From the NCBI RefSeq assembly GCF_964204645.1, contig NC_134027.1, forward strand, positions 1,272,485 through 1,336,484: 64,000 nt of DNA, read 5' to 3'. The position numbers and the translations under genes are program-made. Below are positions 54,897 through 64,000 of the stretch, piece by piece. The notes under the pieces are model-generated. The model worked only from the letters and a program-made list of their open reading frames with translations. It ran no database searches and was not told the DNA's origin. The DNA is from Tubulanus polymorphus. Its lineage: Eukaryota; Animalia; Nemertea. How positions within the stretch are numbered: the stretch's first letter is position 1; every line of letters starts with the position of its first letter.

Positions 54897-55529
54897 GTGC
54901 CTTGAACGCATGAGTCGTTCATGCGCGCCTAATATGCCTTCACTGAAAAAAATCAACTATAACATGTACCACATATTTTTTGATTTAATTTTAGTCCAAT
55001 TCCACAATTATTTCGGCTTACAATAGTGTCTTCAATTCTTTAAAGCCCAAAGCACCTTTTTGACTCAACATCCAGTATGAAGGTGGCCGGGAATTGGGCC
55101 TTTTTTCTTCCTTTTTTGTATCCCGCCCAGCATACTGGTTGTTGACTCGAAAAGGTGCTCGCTCTGGGAGCTTATCAAAGGCAGGTGATGGGAAAGGTGC
55201 CATCACACACTCTCCTTTGATAAGTTTCCTAGAGTGTCACGGGCTTTAACGGGTTGAATTCACTATAATACCAATTTTCCAAAATCAATTTAATTTCTTT
55301 CAGGCCATTCTTTTTCCATGTTTTTCTGGTACATGTTATGGTTGATTTCCATTTTCGAAAATCCGGAATTGAAGCCGTTCGAAGTCGGGGGGATGGTGGT
55401 GGGGTTGGGTTAGTTTAGGGTTCCTCTCTGATTACCTTCTTTAGCTCATCATCCGTGCAGGTGGCGCTTGCTCTTCTAGCCGGTGTTCCCTGGGGTAAAC
55501 ATTTTAAATTAAAAAGATCAAAAATTTAA

Positions 55530-56370
55530 AAAAAATTATAAAATCTTTAAAAATCTCATCTCATTTCATCCAATTTATTTATTTGCGGGTGCGATTCCTA
55601 TCGCACCCATTCATGTCATCCATCCAAAAAAAATTAAAAAATTAAAAACAAAATAGAAAATTATAAAATCTTAAAAAATCTCATCTCATTTCATCCAATT
55701 TATTTGCGGGTGCGATTCCTATCGCACCCATTCATGTCATTCATCCAAAAAAAATTAAAAACTAAAAAAGAAAAAAAATATAAAAATTTAAAAAATCTCA
55801 TCTCATTTCATCCAATTTATTTATTTGCGGGTGCGATTCCTATCGCACCCATTCATGTCATTCATCAAAAAAAAATTAAAAAATTAAAAACAAAATAGAA
55901 AATTATAAAATCTTAAAAAATCTCATCTCATTTCATCCAATTTATTTGCGGGTGCGATTCCTATCGCACCCATTCATGTCATCCATCCAAAAAAAATTAA
56001 AAAATTAAAAACAAAATAGAAAATTATAAAATCTTAAAAAATCTCATCTCATTTCATCCAATTTATTTGCGGGTGCGATTCCTATCGCACCCATTCATGT
56101 CATTCATCCAAAAAAAATTTAAAAATTAAAAACAAAATAGAAAATTATAAAATCTTAAAAAATCTCATCTCATTTCATCCAATTTATTTGCGGGTGCGAT
56201 TCCTATCGCACCCATTCATGTCATTCATCCAAAAAAAATTTAAAAATTAAAAACAAAATAGAAAATTATAAAATCTTAAAAAATCTCATCTCATTTCATC
56301 CAATTTATTTATTTGCGGGTGCGATCCCTATCGCACCCATTCATGTCATTCATCCAAAAAAAATTTAAAA
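55530..56370. repeat. ~120-bp A-rich hairpin tandem repeat, 7 units
   Basis: Same unit as 9170-9890. Confidence 0.95.
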
Positions 56371-56621
56371 ACTAGAAATTAAAGTTCTAAGTTTGTTGTT
56401 AGATTCTATTGAAAGAACGTTGTAAAGTTCTTAATTTGTCGTAAAAAACGTTAGAAAAAAAGAACTTCTTAAAGTTCTCAATCTGCCGTAAAATGCAATT
56501 GAAAAGATTATAACTCACATGAAAATTAAAAAGATAAAATAATTGATAAATAATAATTAATAAAAGTTGAACTTTGGTCTCGCAATGTTTCCCCGTTATG
56601 CATTTTTTACTCGTCGTCAAA

Positions 56622-57472
56622 CATCGGCAGCTCATCGTCGATACTCGTAGCTCGATACACACCAGCAGTTCGATACCAGCAGTTCGTCGTCGATACACAC
56701 CAGCAGTTCGTCGTCGATACACACCAGCAGTTCGATACACGCCAGCAGCTCGATACACACCAGCAGTTCGTCGTCGATACACACCAGCAGTTCGTCGTCG
56801 ATACACACCAGCAGTTCGATACTCACCAACAGCTCGATACTCACCAACAGCTCGATACACGCCAGCAGTTCGTCGTCGATACACACCAGCAGTTCGATAC
56901 TCACCAGCAGCTCGTCGTCGATACACACCAGCAGTTAGTCGTCGATTCACACCAGCAGTTCGTCGTCGATACACACCAGCAGTTCGATACACACCAGCAG
57001 CTCGTCGATACTCACCAGCAGTTCGTCGTCGATACACACCAGCAGCTCGATACACACCAGCAGCTCGATACACACCAGCAGCTCGTCGTCGATACTCACC
57101 AGCAGCTCGATACACACCAGCAGTTCGTCGTCGATACACACCAGCAGCTCGATACTCACCAGCAGCTCGTCGTCGATACACACCAGCAGTTAGTCGTCGA
57201 TACACACCAGCAGTTCGATACTCACCAACAGCTCGATACACGCCAGCAGTTCGTCGTCGATACACACCAGCAGTTCGTCGTCGATACACACCAGCAGTTC
57301 ATCGTTGATACACACCAGCAGTTCGTCGTCGATACACACCAGCAGTTCGATACTCACCAGCAGCTCGATACACACCAGCAGCTCGTCGATACTCACCAGA
57401 AGCTCGATACTCACCAGCAGCTCGTCGTCGATACACACCAGCAGCTCGATACACACCAGCAGCTTGATACCA
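56622..57472. repeat. 18/24-bp minisatellite, copy 2
   Basis: Same as 10140-10936 with rearranged units. Confidence 0.95.
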
Positions 57473-59479
57473 AAACAGCTTTTAGCTGGTGAAAACCTAC
57501 CCCCCCATCGGGGTTAAACATGATCAAGCTATTATTCTAGGAATATAACTGTTGCAAGGGAAGTTAAGATTCATTAACCTAAACTTGATACAAAGAGATT
57601 ATTGCTAATTATGAATTTCAAGGGTTTAAAAACTGATTTAAAAATCTTGAAAGACGCTCGGTCTCACTAGAGATTTTCATCTTAAAGATTTATTGTCCTC
57701 TTACTATTGTTTAGGTGATCTATAATTTGGTAAATGCTGCTGTTGGAAAGATGCCAGAAGAAAGTTGATTCATGCACATCTTCACTTCACGTATTTATTG
57801 CACAAGGCGCCGACTTGCACCTGCACTACACCATTCACACTTCATCACTTCTGCATCTTTATCAATTAATTCTGGCATCTATTTGAAAATTACTTTAAAC
57901 ATCAGATCTCAAACTGAAACATTGAGGTATTGAATTTCAAACTGAAATATGGAGCTATCGAATCTCGATCTCAAATGTTTACTGGAAGCCATATTTGATG
58001 TTGTATTATTCATCATAGATTGTTTAGTGTTTTCTGGCATATGCGGGCCATTTAAGATGGTCAGATAAATTCCCCGGTGGAAAATATATCTCGTGGAAGA
58101 GTCATGGAAATGAAAAATATCTTATGTAGATGTGAAGTTAGGAACCTTGCAACAGTTATTCCACCTGAGGATAATTTGATATAAGATGAATCAGTTATTG
58201 GATCATTTAACTGAAGCCAAATATAGTGAAAAATCTTAGTACAAATTTGTCTCAAACTACAATTGAAAGGACTTATCACAGTTCTAATTCGACTCTAGGT
58301 GCGTTCAGAAGAACTTCTTAACAGTGAAAAAACTTGACTAAAAATCAGGAATCGACCCTGTTCATTGATAAGATTTGATCTTTATTTGAAGATTAAGAAT
58401 CAAACTCGCTAATTCACAATTTTTGGTAGTAAATACTGTTGATCCATCATATTCGCAGCCCCCGTGGGCTTACCAATCCATCATACGTGCAGCCCCCTTG
58501 GGCTTACCAGTCTATCATACTCGCAGCCCCAGTGGGCTTATCAATCCATCATACGTGCAGCCCCCTTGAGCTTACCAGTCTATAGTACTCGCAGCCCCAG
58601 TGGGCTTATCAATCCATCATACGTGTAGCCCCCTTGGGCTTACCAGTCTATGAGAAACATTCAGACATAGTAACCTCATGCTTTTCAACGACACCTTCTT
58701 ATCACTCTGTAGAATGGCAATCGCAGCGTGAAATTTGTAATCGTATTTCTCCGCTGAATTTGAATATTTGATACGCGACGCGCGCGATTGAAGCTTTGTT
58801 TATGTTCGTGCTTGCCGCGATGAATTGTCATAAATATATCCTCCGTACAGGAGGACCAGAAAAGGTTTGAAGGGATCCCTAGTTAGCGCTTGTCCAGGTT
58901 TGGCTCTGGACCCGCTTGTTCGACTAGGCATCTTGTTGGAAATTTTGTCGACTGAAACTTTCGTAACTTTCGTTTTAGACCTCGCTTAGAAACCGCCTTG
59001 TTCTTCTGCCGTAGATGTTGACTGTGTCGTACCCACAGTAGTATCATTTGAGATCTTCAAAGTCTCATTGCTTGAAAGTAGCCATCTTAAATTCAAATAG
59101 TTTCGGACATTTGAGGTCCTCATCAACTCCGAGTCTTCATTCAACTGCAGTTACTGCCATTTGCCAGTGTCTGATGTAGAAGTGTCTGACTTGACATTTT
59201 GATTTTCAGAATTAAAACCTTTTTCTATTACAGAAATTAGATATTGGTTAAAAAAAACGAGTGAATTATTGTTTGTAAGAAAAAAGAAAATCTTGTTAGA
59301 AAAAAATATAGATGTAAAAAAATATTGATGTAAGAAAAAAAAGTATATTGTAAATCGACAGACAACAGAACCAGCATCAGCAACAACAACATCAGAGGAA
59401 GCAGTAACCAGTTATTTATCAGCTCCATAAATTACTGAAACGAAATCCACAACTTGGAAACCAGACACACTCGACTCTA

Positions 59480-61140
59480 GAATTGTTTATACAACTGTCA
59501 ACATGGAGTTCATCTCACAAGCAAATTAGGTAATTATCTTATGATTTTGTATGAAATGCTAATTTACATTTTTGCATTTAAGTTTAAATGAGTTTAAAAT
59601 CACGTTTCATTTGTTGTTTATTTTGTCTTTTCAGTTTTTAATTTGCCGAGATCAGTCAGAAAACTGTTACAACGGAAACTAAGATATCAAAGACTTGATT
59701 CGGCAATGATTGAAGAAATCTTGCGAAGAGATTGTTCATAGAACTGTCAACATGGAGTTCATCTCACAAGCAAATTAGGTAATTATCTTATGAAATTGGA
59801 TGAATTGCCAATTTTACATTTTTGCATTTCAAGTAGGTGTAATTGAATGTTTGTCAACCTAACTCTTATAAAACTGTGTTAACCGTTGAACAGGATTCTA
59901 GAACTGTGCAGAAAACCCGTTATCGCTGCTTTGCAGCTATGTTTATCTTATGATTTTGTATGAAATGCTAATTTTTGCATTTACGTTTAAATGAGTTTAA
60001 AATCATGTTTCATTTGTTGTTTATTTTGTCTTTTCAGTTTTCAATTTGCCGAGATCAGTCGTCAGAAAACTGTTACAACGGAAACTAAGATATCAAAGAC
60101 TTGATTTGGCAAAGATTGAAGAAATCCTGCGAAAAGATTATTCATGAATTGTTCATACAACTGTCAACATGGAGTTCATCTCACAAGCAAATTAGGTAAT
60201 TATCTCATGATTTTGTATGAAATGCTAATTTTTACATTTTTACATTTAAGTTTAAATGAGTTTAAGATCACGTTTCATTTGTTGTTTATTTTGTCTTTTC
60301 AGTTTTCAATTTGCCGAGATCAGTCGTCAGAAAACTGTTACAACGGAAACTAAGATATCAAAGACTTGATTTGGCAAAGATTGAAGAAATCCTGCGAAAA
60401 GATTATTCATGAATTGTTCATACAACTGTCAACATGGAGTTCATCTCACAAGCAAATTAGGTAATTATCTTATGATTTTGTATGAAATGCTAATTTTACA
60501 TTTTTGCATTTAAGTTTAAATGAGTTTAAAATCACGTTTCATTTGTTGTTTATTTTGTCTTTTCAGTTTTCAATTTGCCGAGATCAGTCGTCAGAAAACT
60601 GTTACAACGGAAACTAAGATATCAAAGACTTGATTTGGCAAAGATTGAAGAAATCCTGCGAAAAGATTATTCATGAATTGTTCATACAACTGTCAACATG
60701 GAGTTCATCTCACAAGCAAATTAGGTAATTATCTTATGATTTTGTATGAAATGCTAATTTTACATTTTTGCATTTAAGTTTAAATGAGTTTAAAATCACG
60801 TTTCATTTGTTGTTTATTTTGTCGTTTCAGTTTTCAATTTGCCGAGATCAGTCGTCAGAAAACTGTTACAACGGAAACTAAGATAACAAAGACTTGATTT
60901 CGGCAAAGATTGAAGAAATCTTGCGAAGAGATTGTTCATAGAACTGTCAGCATGGAGTTCATCTCACAAGCAAATTAGGTAATTATCTTATGAAATTGGA
61001 TGAATTGCCAATTTTACATTTTTGCATTTCAAGTAGGTGTAATTGAATGTTTGTCAACCTAACTCTTATAAAACTGTGTTAACTGTGTTGAAATCTTTAT
61101 TTATTTCTTGTTTATTTTGTCTTTTCAGTGTTGAATTTGC
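59480..61140 (+). repeat. 265-bp exon+intron tandem repeat, copy 2 (fewer units)
   Basis: Same unit as 12945-15110. Confidence 0.85.
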
Positions 61141-62062
61141 CGAGATTCACATGTAGCAGATATAATGGAATTAAGTATTGAGAACCACAACTTAACAATA
61201 AACCGGATCAACTTAATATAGTGCTGAGGACCAAAAATAAACGATAAACCCGACCAGTGTAATTCAGTGTCGAGAACCGCAGTTAAACAATGAACCCGAC
61301 CAGTGTAATTCAGTGTTGAGAACCACAATTAAACGATGAACCTGACCAGTGTAATTCAGTGTCGAGACCAACAATTAAACGATAAACCCGACCAGTGTAA
61401 TTCAGTGTCGAGAACCACAATTAAACGATGAACCTGACCAGTGTAATTCAGTGTCGAGACCAACAATTAAACGATAAACCCGACCAGTGTAATTCAGTGT
61501 CGAGAACCGCGATTAAACGAGGAACCCGACCAGTGTAATTCAGTGTCGAGAACCACAATTAAACGATGAACCTGACCAGTGTAATTCAGTGTCCAGAGCC
61601 GCAGTTAAACAATGAACCGGACCAGTGTAATTCAGTGTCGAGAACCGCGATTAAACGAGGAACCCGACCAGTGTAATTCAGTGTCCAGAACCGCAGTTAA
61701 ACAATGAACCCGACCAGTGTAATTCAGTGTCGAGAACCGCGATTAAACGATGAACTGGACCAGTGTAATTCAGTGTCGAGAACCGCGATTAAACAATGAA
61801 CCGGACCAGTGTAATTCAGTGTCGAGAACCGCAATTAAACGATGAACCGGACCAGTGTAATTCAGTTTCGCAATAACCGCAATAAAACGATTATCTGGAG
61901 TTGTAATAGTGTTGTGTATTTGCGTAGTGGATCAAGTGGAAGGATTTTAAGTGTATTTGGTGACTTTAATTCGTTCGCATTCAACAGAATCAACAAAGAC
62001 ATTACAAAAAACGACAAAAAATGATTGAATGTAAGTGCATTGAATTTAGGTTTGTTGATAAA

Positions 62063-62785
62063 GATAATCACTGATCAAGATTGACAGTTATAATCCATAA
62101 TTGTTGAACTTGATCAGAGATTTTCAAGATCGATTTTAAGGTGATTCAGAAGTTTAAATCTGATGTTTTAATCTCTGGGACTCAGATATTAAATCAATAG
62201 ATTTTTACTGCTGAATGATCTTCATGTACAGATGAGCTACAATTGTTCCTAGTGTGTTCTGTTAAGACTGATTAAAGGGTGGAAAAACTTGACTCAAATT
62301 CAAATTGAGTCGAGTTTTTCCAAGATAATCTCTGATCAAGATCGGCAGTTACCGGTATAATCCATAATTGTTGAACTTGATTGGTGATTTTCAAGATCTG
62401 TTTTAAGGTGATTCACAAGTTTAAATCTGATGTTTTAATCTCTGGGTTTCAGAGATTAAATCAATAGGTTTTTACTTCTGGATCACTTTAGGTTTAGGTA
62501 AGTTAAAGTGGTTCCTATTGTGTTCTGTTAAACTGATTAAAGGGTGGAAAAACTTGATTCAAATTAATAATCTGGATCAAGTTTTCCAATGATAATCCGC
62601 GATCAAGTTCAGCAGTTATAATTCATAACCGTTGAACTTAATCCACGATTATTAAGAACTGTTTTAAGGTGATTCAGAAGTATAAATCTGATGTTTAAAT
62701 CTCTGGGTTTCAGAGATTAAATCAATAGGTTTTAACATCTGAATCACTTTAGGTTTAGGTAAGGTACAAGTTGTTACTATTGTTT
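62063..62785 (+). ncRNA. Putative hairpin-RNA polycistron, copy 2 (~2.7 units)
   Basis: Same hairpins; gatcaag anchors at 62073, 62334 and 62601. Confidence 0.55.
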
Positions 62786-63900
62786 TAATTCATGAATTAG
62801 TAGGATTTCTGTTTTTAGGTGACATGTTCAATTTTTCTTTTATTGTACATCATTTTTGTTTTTTGTCTGTTTGTTGTTGTTATTGTTGTTTTTCTTCATT
62901 CACAATCTTATACTTTGGATTTATGATTAATAAATTGAAATTGTTCAATTGATTAGAGCAGTAACTTGTTTCTGTGCATAAGTTGAATTTATGTTAAATA
63001 CTCAAAACAATTGTTTATTGTAAAGAATGTCATTTCTGATAACTTTCAATTCTTATTTGAGTGAAAATACCTCAGTGAAAAAATGTTGTAAAAGGCTCTT
63101 GAATAAATGATTATTGAATTTCTTAAATGTTTTGTTTTCGATGAAGGGATTTTTCAGGTTCCAGATTTTAAGAATTTGACTTTCTGCACACAGTTCCTCA
63201 GTTCTTTGGACACGGTTTCAGGACACCTGCAGTTACTACCTCAGTTCAAGATCCAAGCTCCACTGGTCCCTGGCCCAAAATCCTGGGCCCTTCACTTTTT
63301 TAAGCAAGACGACACTCATTCCCTCGTGACATGCCTTTTCTTCACAATATCTTTGACAGATGAAGCAGACACTTTTCATGTGAATTACAAAATGTGATTG
63401 ACGCCAGTACTAATAGGGAATTAAGGTTATATGCTATAGGTTATCTAAATTACGGAGTCGGCTTTTCGATAAACGCGCAATGATTGGCCATCCTCGCTTG
63501 CCAGGGCCAACTTCGGTTCGGAGTTAGTCGACTATAATGTGAAACCGAATGTCAGTCGGAATTATAGTCCGGAAATCAAGCGCATTCGGATATTAGTTCC
63601 GACCACTATTAGATGACTAGATACGAAAACCGAATTTGGTCCAGGTTGCCGGGGGCCCGGTATCGCTGCTCCCGAAGTTGCTTGAACAGCTTTAGCTTAG
63701 CTTAGTGAGTTCAATTCGAATCCCTTGACGCGTGAAGATGTGGTGAACCTAGTTTTCTGATGTCAGTCTTGGGTTCGATGGTTTATCAGAAAATTAATGA
63801 TTTAATAGCACATCGTAAAACGTTTAATAATTTGGGCACAATTCTGGAGGAGAAATCAAGCTTTTTAATTACTTTCTGCGGGTTTTCTACGAGACAGATC

Positions 63901-63989
63901 GTCCGAGTATACGTCCGGATCCGCCTTTATATGCCTCATTCCTATTCTGCTCATTTGCATTCATTTGCATACGTTTTTAAGATGGCGGC
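63901..63989 (-). promoter_or_regulatory. Paralogous putative promoter with duplicated octamer, TATA and YY1-type motif
   Basis: atttgcat at 63953 and 63963, tttata at ~63926, aagatggcggc at 63979. Confidence 0.55.
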
Positions 63990-64000
63990 TATTTGATCGA

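Larger units (their letters stand above)
46957..62825. repeat. Segmental duplication copy 2
   Basis: Same order of satellites, exons and hairpin array as 1-17085 with sparse substitutions; identity falls after ~62.4-62.8 kb. Confidence 0.97.

Overview
AT-rich, repeat-dense eukaryotic (probably invertebrate animal) genomic DNA. There are no prokaryotic genes, CRISPR arrays, rRNAs or tRNAs, and most ORF-track entries are artefacts of tandem repeats. The window holds two copies of a ~46-47 kb-period segmental duplication: 1-~17 kb matches 46957-~63 kb almost identically, then continues as diverged homology. Reading splice sites by hand gives a phase-consistent 9-exon orphan gene (40544-54896, +; 349 aa; polyQ, polyS, Pro-rich, SV40-type NLS), whose last three exons also occur at 5596-8538. 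Downstream of each gene copy lies a putative + strand spliced non-coding transcript built from tandem exon+intron units. It ends in an array of ~261-bp units, each folding into at least three long hairpins whose variation preserves G-U/compensatory pairing. A conserved AATAAA and a conserved oppositely oriented octamer+TATA block follow. This candidate hpRNA/miRNA polycistron is the most interesting system seen. The middle holds a second non-coding multi-exon array, MITEs with target-site duplications, a solo LTR inside a satellite and several minisatellites. All calls are by-eye; no database search or folding program was run.
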